Shown: positions 8,364-17,391 of the stretch, piece after piece
Position numbering within the stretch: the first letter of the stretch is position 1
How the letters are laid out: every line of letters begins with the position of its first letter
Virus record (IMG/VR): IMGVR_UViG_3300041411_000304
DNA from: an uncultured virus (IMG/VR IMGVR_UViG_3300041411_000304)
Lineage: Duplodnaviria > Heunggongvirae > Uroviricota > Caudoviricetes
Direction: 5' to 3' (one strand)
Length of the DNA stretch: 20,000 nucleotides
Notes under the pieces: model-generated
Database searches by the model: none
What the model saw: only the letters and a program-made list of their open reading frames with translations
What the model was told of the DNA's origin: nothing
Position numbers and translations under genes: made by a program

Positions 8364-8941
8364 GCTTTGGCCTCCTGCTGGTTGACTTCTTCGCTCTGGT
8401 ACAGGCCGATGATCGACTCATACAGAGGATCGTCCGTCTTCACGAACGCGCCATTGTGCATGATGCCGCGACGGTCTTTAATTTCGTTGTACGCCGATTC
8501 GAACGCCTCCAGCACATCGATGCTGTAGAGATTCGCGACTTGCTCCAGGGAGGCGACGATGATGCCCAGTTGAACGGCCAGCTTTTCATTCTGCCCTTTG
8601 ACGGCGAAACGCGCGCCACGACCGATGGCGATGCACAGGCCGTTGACGGCGCCATGGCCAGGACGGCTAGCCAGCGCGACTTCTATGTGCGGCTTCAGCA
8701 GAGAACCGATCTGCTCCGAGATGACCGTGGCCACAACGATACCGTCGCCAATGGCATCGATGATAAGCGCTCGGTCGCTGGTTTCCATGCCCAAAAACAG
8801 CTCTTCCATCACCTCTTCGACCAGCTTCAAATACTGGTCCTTGGGGGTGGCACCCTTGATCAGATTGCGCGCGTGCGCCCAGCCGACGGTATTGTTGTAG
8901 GCGATTGCGAAGCGTGAGGGTCGTTCAGCGATCTGGTTCAT
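8360..8941 (-). CDS. MazG-like nucleotide pyrophosphohydrolase
   Basis: 'QYLKLVEEVMEEL...IIDAIGD' and the C-terminal 'AYNEIKDRRGIMHNGAFVK' match the phage MazG-like family. Confidence 0.85.
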   Translation of the reverse strand: MNQIAERPSRFAIAYNNTVGWAHARNLIKGATPKDQYLKLVEEVMEELFLGMETSDRALIIDAIGDGIVVATVISEQIGSLLKPHIEVALASRPGHGAVNGLCIAIGRGARFAVKGQNEKLAVQLGIIVASLEQVANLYSIDVLEAFESAYNEIKDRRGIMHNGAFVKTDDPLYESIIGLYQSEEVNQQEAKA

Positions 8942-9516
8942 TGCACATTCCTGTTTGCGGCGTCAAGGGCCGAGTTCATGTTGATTTGGTTCTGGCGGGA
9001 GGTTTCGCGAGTGGCGCCGAAGTAGAAGGCCATGGCCTGCTTCAACTCGTTAAACCAGAAGCCTATGATGGTGCCGAGGGTGACGGACGCGGTCGGGTCT
9101 TTCAACATCTCGCGACCGAAGGTGAAGATGGCAATGAAGACGAACACGGACCCGGCAAGCAACACAAAGGTGATGGCCGGGCGTACCATATCCTTGTCCA
9201 GCGCAGCCAGACGTCGGGCCGAGTCGCGGTCTTGGACTTCCAACTTGTGGGTCTGGTTCTCCGTGTTGGCTACCATGGCCGCGTGCTGGTAGGAGAGTTC
9301 CGCGAGCTTGGTCCGCTCGTTTGACTGGAGTTCTTCCAGCCGTATACGGGCCTGCGGGTCGGTTTCTAGCGCTGCTGCGACGGCTGCAGGGGTTGACCCC
9401 ACCCCAAGCGCGCCTGCAACCAGCAGGCCAACGGCGCCACCAGCCGGGCCGCCGATCAGGGTGCCAAGCGCCGGGGCGAACGCGCCGACCTTGGACGCGA
9501 TGTCCTTCCATTCCAT
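8938..9516 (-). CDS. Putative holin (3TM/GTA-type)
   Basis: N-terminal 'APALGTLIGGPAGGAVG', 'QDRDSARR', then two hydrophobic helices ending 'AFYFG'. SD GAGG. Confidence 0.75.
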   Translation of the reverse strand: MEWKDIASKVGAFAPALGTLIGGPAGGAVGLLVAGALGVGSTPAAVAAALETDPQARIRLEELQSNERTKLAELSYQHAAMVANTENQTHKLEVQDRDSARRLAALDKDMVRPAITFVLLAGSVFVFIAIFTFGREMLKDPTASVTLGTIIGFWFNELKQAMAFYFGATRETSRQNQINMNSALDAANRNVQ

Positions 9517-9530
9517 GTCAATTTCCTCGC

Positions 9531-9562
9531 AAAAATAAGGCGCCCATTAGGACGCCTTATTT
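9531..9562 (-). terminator. Rho-independent terminator between the SSB-like gene and the holin
   Basis: AAATAAGGCG (9533-9542) / CGCCTTATTT (9553-9562), extendable inward by a U-G pair and CC/GG pairs, ending in a U5 run on the - strand. Confidence 0.75.
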
Positions 9563-9576
9563 GGTTGGTTGGCGGG

Positions 9577-10473
9577 TTAGAATCCTTCGGCCTCGGTGGC
9601 CTCACCAACGCCATCGCCACCGCTGCTGGCTGCATCGGCCTTGTTGTAGTCCACGTTGGCTTCGCCAGCGATGATGGTGCTGTAGAAAGCTTTCGCGGAT
9701 TCGTACATGCCCTTGTCCGATACCAGGCCTTCCAGTTCGAAGCCGGCGCCAGACCAAGTGCCCTGGTCATTGGACTGGGCGATGGTGGACAGGCGGACCA
9801 GGTTGGCGAAGGTCGGAGGAGTCTTCATGCCTTGCGGCGTCTGGACCTTCTTCTGGCTCAGCGAGGTCATCAACTTCTTGGAAGCCTTGATTTGGCTGGA
9901 GGCCAGGGAGAGGATGGCATTGCCAAACTCGCCGGTTTCCGGATCGATGACGATGACGAAGTGCTCGCGAGTGTCGGCATAGTAGTCGTTTTTCTTCTCG
10001 TTCACACTGCCATCTTCGTTCGGCACGAAGTAGCGGCGGTCAACTTCCTTGACCTTGGTGGGGTCTTGCACGATGGCGCGGAATTGCTCAACGGTGAGCA
10101 CGCCCTTGAAGCCCTTGTTTTCAGCCTCGCGACCGCCCCAGCGGATGAAGCTGCGGCGATAGGCACAGGGGATGATCAGGATGCCGGCTTTGCCATCGTA
10201 GAGACGACCGGTGACGGTGTTGTAGATCATGCCGGCCTTGGCGCCTTGAACGTACTTGGCACTGTCTTCGTCCACCAGCGGGGACATCTTCTGCAGAATC
10301 TGCAGGAAGGGAATGGCATACGACTCGGCATCAGCGCCTTCGAAGCCGGAGTGGCCGCCGAAGTCGCTCATGTCCATGAATTCAGCGACCGCGCCGCCCT
10401 GGGTGGCCAGAGCCACGTCCTTCACTTCTTCTTCTTTTCCCTTGGTCGCATCTTTCACATTGGTACCGGCCAT
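9577..10473 (-). CDS. Putative single-stranded DNA-binding/recombination protein (298 aa)
   Basis: Strong SD AAAGGAG before ATG at 10473. The motif 'IPFLQILQKMSP' and an acidic tail ending in Phe (EATEAEGF) are typical of phage SSBs. Confidence 0.7.
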   Translation of the reverse strand: MAGTNVKDATKGKEEEVKDVALATQGGAVAEFMDMSDFGGHSGFEGADAESYAIPFLQILQKMSPLVDEDSAKYVQGAKAGMIYNTVTGRLYDGKAGILIIPCAYRRSFIRWGGREAENKGFKGVLTVEQFRAIVQDPTKVKEVDRRYFVPNEDGSVNEKKNDYYADTREHFVIVIDPETGEFGNAILSLASSQIKASKKLMTSLSQKKVQTPQGMKTPPTFANLVRLSTIAQSNDQGTWSGAGFELEGLVSDKGMYESAKAFYSTIIAGEANVDYNKADAASSGGDGVGEATEAEGF

Positions 10474-10520
10474 GTTTGGCTCCTTTCTGGTTTGGTTTTC
10501 AGCGTTCAAGCTGTGGTAGT

Positions 10521-10549
10521 ATCGTATGGTTTTTGGTGCGGAAAAGCAA
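10521..10549 (-). promoter_or_regulatory. Sigma70-like promoter for the SSB-like gene
   Basis: TTGCTT (10549-10544), 17-nt spacer, TACGAT (10526-10521) in an AT-rich intergenic gap. Confidence 0.6.
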
Positions 10550-11158
10550 TCACTTTTTCTTGGCTTTGGGTGTCTTAATTTCTGCCTCGGTGAACTCGAA
10601 CACGTTGACCTGCTCAGGCAGCTGGGTGCCCTTCTCTTGCTGCTCCTTGCAGAAGCTTTGGAGGGTCTGGTAGTGGACACTTTGATTGAGGGACGGGAAG
10701 AAATCGGCTTGCTCAAGGATTTCGCGGGCCTTTTTGGCCTGCTCCATCTCGCCGCGCCCGAATTCGCACGCCACGTTGGTCTTGACGATGCCGTCATTTT
10801 CGGTTTCCTCCAGCCACTTGTAGAAGGCTTTGGCCTTCTCTTCCGGCACAGAATACTTGGCCTTCTTCTTGACGACCACTTTGCGACCATCGGTCAAAGT
10901 GGTTTCTTCCAGGCCGAGTTCCTTCATGATTTCCGGAATCAGCTCACGCTTGACCTTGGACAACTCTTCCTGCTTTTCCGCCAGCTCCTTCTCAAGCCGG
11001 GCGACGTCTGCGGCCAGGCCGTTGGCGGAGTTGACCTGGACCAGCAGGCGGGTGCCCGCAGGCAACTCTTCCACGTTGGCTTCCGGGAGGTCGGCCCAGT
11101 AGTCCAGCGGTGCCGATTCGTTCACGTGTTCGGGGATTTGGTCTTCAGGGGTGCTCAC
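10550..11158 (-). CDS. Conserved phage replication-module hypothetical protein (coiled-coil N-terminus)
   Basis: GTG at 11158 with SD GGAG overlaps the upstream TGA. 'ELIPEIMKELGLEETTLTDG...FYKWL...SVHYQTLQSF' resembles proteins usually found beside phage SSB genes. Confidence 0.7.
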   Translation of the reverse strand: MSTPEDQIPEHVNESAPLDYWADLPEANVEELPAGTRLLVQVNSANGLAADVARLEKELAEKQEELSKVKRELIPEIMKELGLEETTLTDGRKVVVKKKAKYSVPEEKAKAFYKWLEETENDGIVKTNVACEFGRGEMEQAKKAREILEQADFFPSLNQSVHYQTLQSFCKEQQEKGTQLPEQVNVFEFTEAEIKTPKAKKK

Positions 11159-11487
11159 AAAGAAATCTCCACTTCGATGTAGTCCTTCAGGATGCGATCC
11201 CACTTCAACATCTTGATGGAGTCGAAACGACGCAACAAGATGGCCGAGCAGGCCGCGATGATTGCCGGGTCGCCCACGGCCATGAGAAAGTCGCCAGTTT
11301 CAAAGTCGACCAGTTCGGCCTTGGCCTTGCTGATGACCGGCGCCATTAGTGCCGTCTCTTCATCCGAATCGATGACGGATCGAAGCGCGCCAAATCGCGC
11401 GGCCTTGGTGAAGTCCAGCTGCGGCCTCAGCTTGCCGCTGGACATGTCACGACGTTTTGTAAGATGGGGGATATACACGCGACTCAT
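11155..11487 (-). CDS. Hypothetical protein (110 aa)
   Basis: Strong SD AAAAGGAG before ATG at 11487, with a promoter-like site immediately upstream. Confidence 0.75.
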   Translation of the reverse strand: MSRVYIPHLTKRRDMSSGKLRPQLDFTKAARFGALRSVIDSDEETALMAPVISKAKAELVDFETGDFLMAVGDPAIIAACSAILLRRFDSIKMLKWDRILKDYIEVEISL

Positions 11488-11512
11488 TGGTGAATCTCCT
11501 TTTGCTGGGAGG

Positions 11513-11541
11513 ATTATGCCGGACTCAGAGGAGTCCGGCAA
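11513..11541 (-). promoter_or_regulatory. Sigma70-like promoter overlapped by a perfect 10-bp palindrome (candidate operator)
   Basis: TTGCCG (11541-11536), 17-nt spacer, CATAAT (11518-11513). TGCCGGACTC-AGAG-GAGTCCGGCA spans 11517-11540. Confidence 0.7.
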
Positions 11542-11550
11542 CCTCTTAAA

Positions 11551-13107
11551 TCAACTATTTACCAGCTTGTTGACAGTTCCGTCGATAACAAAACGGGCCA
11601 GCTGTGTCTTCATTTCCAGCGAGCGCTGGATGGCCAAATCAATCGTGTCCTCGGCAACCAAGTCCCAATAGGTCACAGTGGTCTTGGTGCCAATCCGGTG
11701 GTTGCGGTCCTCGGACTGCATCCGAAGCTCGTTGTCGAAGTTGACACTGTAGTAAATGGCCGTATCCGCAGCGGTGAGGGTGATACCGATTCCGGCTGCT
11801 GCTGCGTGTCCGATAAAGACCCGGTATTTGCCTGATTGGAAATCATCAATGTTCTCCTCACGGTCGCCCTTTTTGGTGTCGCCGTAATAGGTCCGACAAG
11901 AGATGCCCATCCCTTCCAGCGCTGCCTGGATTTGGAGGATTTCCTGCTCATAGACCGCCCAGACGATGATCTGGCGCTCAGGATCGTCATCGAGGAGGTC
12001 GCCCACCAGCTCCTTGAATTCCCTCATGCGCGGGTTGTCTTCAGGACCAAGCAGAACCGGCTCGCCATAGATGTTGATGAAGCCGGACGTCACCTGCTTC
12101 AACTTGGTCCGCGCGGCGATGGCCTCAAACGACACGTTCATCAGGAAGTCGTCGGCCTTCAGCAGAAATTCATAGTCCTCCTCAACGCGCTGGTAGACTT
12201 CGCGCTGCTTGGGCGTGAGCTCAAAGAACTTGACCTTGTAGACCTTGTCCGGCAGGTACGGCAGGGCATCCTTCTTGGTCACCCGGAAGGAGTGTGGCGC
12301 GATGAGGCGCTGAAGCTTCTCCAGGTTGCGGAACATCGGCATGCCGTTTTCGTCCTTCTTGACGACTTGCGGCGGAACCCTGGACTTGCCATCCAGACGC
12401 TTCATGATGGCGATCATCTCCGGGTCGTCCGGGTCCAGCAGCACGGCAAATTCCGAGGTGAATGCCCGGTACGATTTCGTGCCCAGAATGCCTTCGCGAA
12501 GGAATTGGTATTGCATGAAGAGGTCGGTGGGCGCTCGCGTCAGAGGCGTACCGGAGAGGATGCGGCGAGCCGTGGCCATAGTCCCAAGCTTGACGACCTT
12601 CTTGGAGCGTTGCGCTTGCGGGTTCTTGATTCGGGTCGATTCGTCCACCACCATGATGGTGCGCGGGAAGGCCGTCAGGAACTTCTCAACCTCCTCATAG
12701 CCAGAGGAGGCATTCACGGCATCGATGTTGATGGCGAATACGCGCAACGGCGCCTTGCCGGCTTCGTAGTGGTCCGCATAGAGCCGGTCCAGCCGGGCGC
12801 GTGCCTTCTTGGAGGTCGGGCGACCTCGCCATGCCTCGCATATCGTCGGGATGGCGAGGTGCTGCGGAATCTCGCGTAGAATCCAGTTGGTGTGAACGCC
12901 GTTCGGCGCCACGATCAACAGGCCGTCGATTTTGCCGGCCAGGAAGGCGCGCGCAACATCGGCCAGGGTGGTCCAGGTCTTGCCGCAGCCCTGCTCCATC
13001 AGGTACGCGAAATTGCGCTTGCCCTCCGAGGCCTGAAGGGCGTCAAACTGGTGCTTCATCGCCTCGGTCTTCATGCCGGGGACAGGATAGGTGGTCATGG
13101 CGTTCAT
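11551..13107 (-). CDS. SF2 SNF2-like DNA helicase
   Basis: Walker A MEQGCGKT, VVDEST, LSGTP, GIGITLT and QSEDRNHRIG. ATG at 13107 has SD GGAG and an ATGA overlap. Confidence 0.92.
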   Translation of the reverse strand: MNAMTTYPVPGMKTEAMKHQFDALQASEGKRNFAYLMEQGCGKTWTTLADVARAFLAGKIDGLLIVAPNGVHTNWILREIPQHLAIPTICEAWRGRPTSKKARARLDRLYADHYEAGKAPLRVFAINIDAVNASSGYEEVEKFLTAFPRTIMVVDESTRIKNPQAQRSKKVVKLGTMATARRILSGTPLTRAPTDLFMQYQFLREGILGTKSYRAFTSEFAVLLDPDDPEMIAIMKRLDGKSRVPPQVVKKDENGMPMFRNLEKLQRLIAPHSFRVTKKDALPYLPDKVYKVKFFELTPKQREVYQRVEEDYEFLLKADDFLMNVSFEAIAARTKLKQVTSGFINIYGEPVLLGPEDNPRMREFKELVGDLLDDDPERQIIVWAVYEQEILQIQAALEGMGISCRTYYGDTKKGDREENIDDFQSGKYRVFIGHAAAAGIGITLTAADTAIYYSVNFDNELRMQSEDRNHRIGTKTTVTYWDLVAEDTIDLAIQRSLEMKTQLARFVIDGTVNKLVNS

Positions 13108-13529
13108 CGCATGTTCTCCAGGTACTTGATGCACTCTTCCTTGCCAAAGGCGAATATGACGCCATCCGGCTCCTCAAACAGTTGCTGCTTAGTGACTTCC
13201 TCCAGCGGGACCATCGGATTCAGCAACAGCCAATCGCTTTCGATCTTGGCCAGCACGAAGGCCTTGCCTCCCCAGCTGATGCGCTCGCGGAGGAATGGCA
13301 GTTGCCCCTTCTCGAAAGCTCCGCGCAATGGGGCGGTATTTGGTCGCGCTGGCCAAGATTCCAGGGCCTTGGCTTCTACCCATGCGATGACTCCGGCCCG
13401 GTTCTGCATGGTGGTATCGGCCATGCTAGAGCGCTGGGAATTCTCGATGCGGTCGATAAGAAGACGCCCAAGCGAATCCTTCTTGAAGGCATTGACGGCA
13501 GCCAGTTCGCGGTCAGTCCGTTTGCTCAC
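13104..13529 (-). CDS. PD-(D/E)xK nuclease, VRR-NUC/Holliday junction resolvase-like
   Basis: 'DRIEN...MAD...WVEAK' followed by 'Q.PFLRERISWGGKAFVL', in the typical position beside an SNF2 helicase. Confidence 0.65.
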   Translation of the reverse strand: MSKRTDRELAAVNAFKKDSLGRLLIDRIENSQRSSMADTTMQNRAGVIAWVEAKALESWPARPNTAPLRGAFEKGQLPFLRERISWGGKAFVLAKIESDWLLLNPMVPLEEVTKQQLFEEPDGVIFAFGKEECIKYLENMR

Positions 13530-13756
13530 TGGGCCACCCCTTCTTCGCCAACGGCGAAGTCCAGCAAGCCAGTCTTGAAGTCCAACGGAACAAGAGCGCG
13601 AGCCTCATGACAGGCATAGTACATGGTGAATGCCATTTTATCATCCAGGACTGCGATTTGCGTGTACCCTGCCCATCCGCTGGCGCGACCATCACCTGCC
13701 ACCAGACGGAACCGGAACCCGTTGGCCTTTCCATTGTCTTGTGTTTCGACCTTCAT
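13526..13756 (-). CDS. Hypothetical protein (76 aa)
   Basis: 4-nt start/stop overlaps with both neighbours, filling the gap exactly. Confidence 0.65.
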   Translation of the reverse strand: MKVETQDNGKANGFRFRLVAGDGRASGWAGYTQIAVLDDKMAFTMYYACHEARALVPLDFKTGLLDFAVGEEGVAQ

Positions 13757-16700
13757 TGCTCTTCGCCCTCTTCTGCCAGCTTCATGAGCCTGTCTTCGTG
13801 CGCGGCCAGCTCTGCCTGGGTATATATGCGCTTGATGTTCTTAACGATGAACATGTCGATGTCGCTGATCTTCCAGCCTTTCACCAGGAACCAAGAGCCC
13901 ATGGTGGCGCCCTCTGCGATGGGCTTTCCGAGGGCCACGAACTTGTCCGGGCGGATGCGGAATCGCATGGGCGAGTCAGTGGAGTCGTCCACCATCATCA
14001 GGTCAAGGAACTGGGTCAGGCCTTCCTTGCGCTTTCCGCCACGTTTCTTGATCCTGATGGCCTCGTTTTCGTCGGCCAGAACCTTCTTCGTGAGCTTGCC
14101 GATGATCAGGCCATCGTCCCGGTCCTTGACGTCCTTCATGCCAATGATCGGGTTGCCGGAGACGACGCCTGCCAGGCGCGGGTCGGCGTAGTAGTGGCCG
14201 AACTTGGTGTGAGCCTCTGCCAAGTCGGCAAACTGGACCTCGGCACTGGCCAGCGCGGCTGCGGCCTTGTTCCAGTCGTTCACCAGCTTGATGTGCTCGC
14301 CGCCCATCTCCTTGTACTGGGCCTTGGAGTCCTTGAGGCGCCGTTTGACGTCCGCCAGATCGGCCTTCAGAATCTTCGCCAGCTCCTTGTCCGCCAGCTC
14401 TTTGGCGACCTCAAGACGTCCGGACAACTCGTCCACTTCGTCTTGCAAGTCCTCCAGCGTCTCCGGGGTGATCGGCAACGACGCCAGGAACGCGATGGAC
14501 TCCTTGACGCTGTCGCGCAGCTGGATGAACTTCTCGGCCTTGGACGGGCCGAAGCCCTTGGCGTTCATGATGCCGCCGATCAGACGTCCATCTGCCACGA
14601 CCCAGTTAAGGCCTGAGTGCTCAGGATCGATTGGCGTATAGTTCACGCCCTCCTTGGCCAGCTCGCGAAGGATGGCGATGGTCTGCTCATCGTCCTTGGC
14701 CGACCGTAGGCAGGCCGCAGCGAATTCCAGCTTGTGGTAGCACTTCAGCCAGCAGGTCCAATAGGTCACCACGGCATAGCTCACCGAGTGTGATTTGTTG
14801 AAGCCCCAGGAGCCGAATGTCACCATCTCGTTCCAGATTTTCTTGGCCTGGTCTTCCGGCACGCCCTGGGACATCGCTCCGGTCACGAAGTCGGCGCCCA
14901 TCTGGTTGAAATACTCCTCGCCCTTCCGGCCTGACATGGCCTTCCGGACGGCAGAGGTTTTGACCCAGTCAAACAGGCCGATTTCCTTCACCACGGACAT
15001 GATCTGTTCTTGGTAGAGGAACACGCCATATGTGTCTTTGAGATACTTCTCAAGGTGCGGCACATCATACGTGACGGCCTCGCGACCGTTGGAGCGTTCG
15101 ATGTACTTCTGCGCCATACCGGAGGCCAACGGACCCGGACGCGCCAGTGCCGTCAAGTTGTCGATCTTGGAGAATCGATCAACGTCCACCGAACGGGTAA
15201 CAGAGCGCACGGCATCGCCTTCAAACTGGAAGATGCCACTGACCTTGTCCTGGTTGATGATTTCGAACACCGCCGGGTCGTCCAGCTTCAAGCCATAAAG
15301 CTCTTCCGCGTTGGTGACACCGGCATCCTCGATGATGCCCAGAGTCCGCAGTCCGAGGGCGTCAATCTTCAGCAGGTCCAAATATTCGGAGTCCGGCTTG
15401 TCGATCTGTCCGACGCCATCGGCGTTGACCGTACAGAAATCAGAAATCGGCTCGTTACAAACCAGGATGCCTGCGGCGTGAACGCCAGTGTGGCTTGGGT
15501 GGATTTCCAGGTCGCCCATGCAGGCCGAAGCCTCTGGATAGTTGGCACGGAACTCCTTGCCAGGTTCCGTGCCGGCAAAGGTATCCTCCAGGCCCTTGCC
15601 ATAACGGGCGTCACCGGATGAATACTCGATGAGCGAGTTGCGGATTTGCTGCGCCTCTTGCTCTGGGATGTTGAACTTCTTGCGTACCTGCTGGATGACC
15701 GATGCCGCTTTGAGCGTGTTGATGTTACCCAGCTTGGCGACGTTCTGTGCGCCATACTTGTTCTGCAGATACTCGAATACCATCCAACGCTTGGTGTCGT
15801 TGAAGTCGATATCGATGTCAGGCAAGTCGGCGCGGCTGATATCGATGAAGCGCTGGAATAGCAGGTCATGCGGGATCGGGTCCACCTCGGTGATGCCGAG
15901 GACGTAACAGACCAGCGAGCCGGCAGCGGAGCCGCGAGCCGGGCCGACCAGCATGTGCTGCTTGGCGTAGGATACCAGGTCCGCCACCACCAGGAAGTAG
16001 CTGTCAAACTTCTTCAACTGGATTTGGTGAATTTCTTCGTTGAACCGGTCCTCATAAACCTGCGTCCACTCTTGGATGTGGCCGCGCGCCAGACGAGATG
16101 CTTGGCCTTCGCGCGCCAGGGCGATGAGGTCGCCATCCAGGTGGATCAGCGGGGCCTTCTGGAGCTTGATGCCGGCCAGCTGCTCTTCGATCAGGAAAGT
16201 GTTCTCCACTGCCTTGTCGAAATCGGCCTTGCCCATGACGTGGCGCAAATGGCCATAGAGCGCATCGACGCCCTCGATGGTACGGCAGCCCACCGAGTCA
16301 CGGACTTCCCACGCATACGCAAAATTAGAGTGCTTGCTGTGGGGCATATCGTTGTAGCTGGTAATGACCATCGGCTTGCCATGACGTTTGGCGTAGCAGA
16401 TGGACGAAGAGGCGTGAAGGAAAGAGGCCGGATTCACATCGACATAGTCATAGGCTTCCGGCTTCAAGCGCTGGAGGGCGCCGCCAGGGAAGCGGATGAC
16501 GCCCTCAAGAGCGGACATTGAGTCGCTGGAAAGCCCACCGCCCTGCACGCTAGCGGTCGTGGCCCGGTACAGGGACCGTGTATCCTTCCCCAGCATCCAG
16601 GCGCGCGGCGAGAACTTGGCCAACGGGGCGTCCTCTTCGACCTTGACCGGGAATTCCATGCCGAAGAGTGGCTGAATCTCGTGCTTGGCGGCTTCCTTCT

Positions 16701-16851
16701 CCCAACGAACGTGCCCCCAGGTGCCCATATCCACGATGGCAGCGGACTTGGCGCCCAACTCCTTCAACCTTTCAAACACCTCCGGCATACGTCCATAGAC
16801 GTCGCGATAGGTGTAACCGGTCCTAACGCGCAGCTGCGGAAAATGCATCAT
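13753..16851 (-). CDS. dnaE: DNA polymerase III alpha subunit-like (family C) polymerase
   Basis: GPARGSAAGSLVCYVLGIT, PDIDIDF, HAAGI, LLKIDALGL, YQEQIM, FNKSHSVSY and the HhH 'KGFGPSKA'; 1032 aa. Confidence 0.96.
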   Translation of the reverse strand: MMHFPQLRVRTGYTYRDVYGRMPEVFERLKELGAKSAAIVDMGTWGHVRWEKEAAKHEIQPLFGMEFPVKVEEDAPLAKFSPRAWMLGKDTRSLYRATTASVQGGGLSSDSMSALEGVIRFPGGALQRLKPEAYDYVDVNPASFLHASSSICYAKRHGKPMVITSYNDMPHSKHSNFAYAWEVRDSVGCRTIEGVDALYGHLRHVMGKADFDKAVENTFLIEEQLAGIKLQKAPLIHLDGDLIALAREGQASRLARGHIQEWTQVYEDRFNEEIHQIQLKKFDSYFLVVADLVSYAKQHMLVGPARGSAAGSLVCYVLGITEVDPIPHDLLFQRFIDISRADLPDIDIDFNDTKRWMVFEYLQNKYGAQNVAKLGNINTLKAASVIQQVRKKFNIPEQEAQQIRNSLIEYSSGDARYGKGLEDTFAGTEPGKEFRANYPEASACMGDLEIHPSHTGVHAAGILVCNEPISDFCTVNADGVGQIDKPDSEYLDLLKIDALGLRTLGIIEDAGVTNAEELYGLKLDDPAVFEIINQDKVSGIFQFEGDAVRSVTRSVDVDRFSKIDNLTALARPGPLASGMAQKYIERSNGREAVTYDVPHLEKYLKDTYGVFLYQEQIMSVVKEIGLFDWVKTSAVRKAMSGRKGEEYFNQMGADFVTGAMSQGVPEDQAKKIWNEMVTFGSWGFNKSHSVSYAVVTYWTCWLKCYHKLEFAAACLRSAKDDEQTIAILRELAKEGVNYTPIDPEHSGLNWVVADGRLIGGIMNAKGFGPSKAEKFIQLRDSVKESIAFLASLPITPETLEDLQDEVDELSGRLEVAKELADKELAKILKADLADVKRRLKDSKAQYKEMGGEHIKLVNDWNKAAAALASAEVQFADLAEAHTKFGHYYADPRLAGVVSGNPIIGMKDVKDRDDGLIIGKLTKKVLADENEAIRIKKRGGKRKEGLTQFLDLMMVDDSTDSPMRFRIRPDKFVALGKPIAEGATMGSWFLVKGWKISDIDMFIVKNIKRIYTQAELAAHEDRLMKLAEEGEEQ

Positions 16852-17374
16852 ACACCCCTGTTTCCTGACAAAGTTGATGGAGCTTCCGGACGTCGTCCAA
16901 TGCTCGGTGCTTCTGGACGAATTCGCCGCAGTACATTTGATAGAGGTCTTCCAACTTCATCCGGCGTCCGAACATAGGGAAGAACTGCTCAACGGTACAG
17001 CAGAGTATCTGCGGGAAGAAGATGTCAGCCAGAAACTGGTCTATGCGCTGGAGGTCATAGCGGAGCAACGACTGGTCGAAAGACAGGTTGTGAGCGATGG
17101 CGACGTCAGCGCGCTTGAAGAAGTCGGCCACGGTCGGCACGAACTCGGAGAACGGTGGCTTGTCTGCCAAGTCCTCATTCTTCAGGCCAGTGATCTTGGT
17201 GATGATTTCTTCGATGATGACGCCAGGATTGCAGATGAACTCAACTTCATCAATAATCGTATCGCCATCAGTGAGGATGCCGGCAAATTCGATGATTCGC
17301 GGCTGCTTGCGAAGGGGCGCCTGTGGATGCTGGGTGAGCCCTGTCGTTTCCGTATCGAATGGGGCGAATATCAT
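16823..17374 (-). CDS. dnaQ: DEDDh 3'-5' exonuclease, Pol III epsilon-like
   Basis: ExoI FDTETTGL, ExoII AHNLSFD and ExoIII HRALDD. It overlaps the polymerase start. Confidence 0.92.
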   Translation of the reverse strand: MIFAPFDTETTGLTQHPQAPLRKQPRIIEFAGILTDGDTIIDEVEFICNPGVIIEEIITKITGLKNEDLADKPPFSEFVPTVADFFKRADVAIAHNLSFDQSLLRYDLQRIDQFLADIFFPQILCCTVEQFFPMFGRRMKLEDLYQMYCGEFVQKHRALDDVRKLHQLCQETGVYDAFSAAAR

Positions 17375-17391
17375 TTCTTGACCTTTCTGAC

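Noticed and set aside
10474..10890. 139-codon upstream extension of the SSB ORF, suggesting a +1 frameshift fusion at AAG AAA AAG TGA of the upstream gene
   Set aside because: The SSB has its own promoter-like site and strong SD at 10473. The classic A_AAG slip is -1, which would not enter this frame. The extension looks like an alternative-frame shadow.
13753..16851. Possible intein or intron in the polymerase
   Set aside because: Continuous frame, with no intein C/S...HN splice junctions or homing endonuclease motifs seen; the length is ordinary for a compact DnaE.
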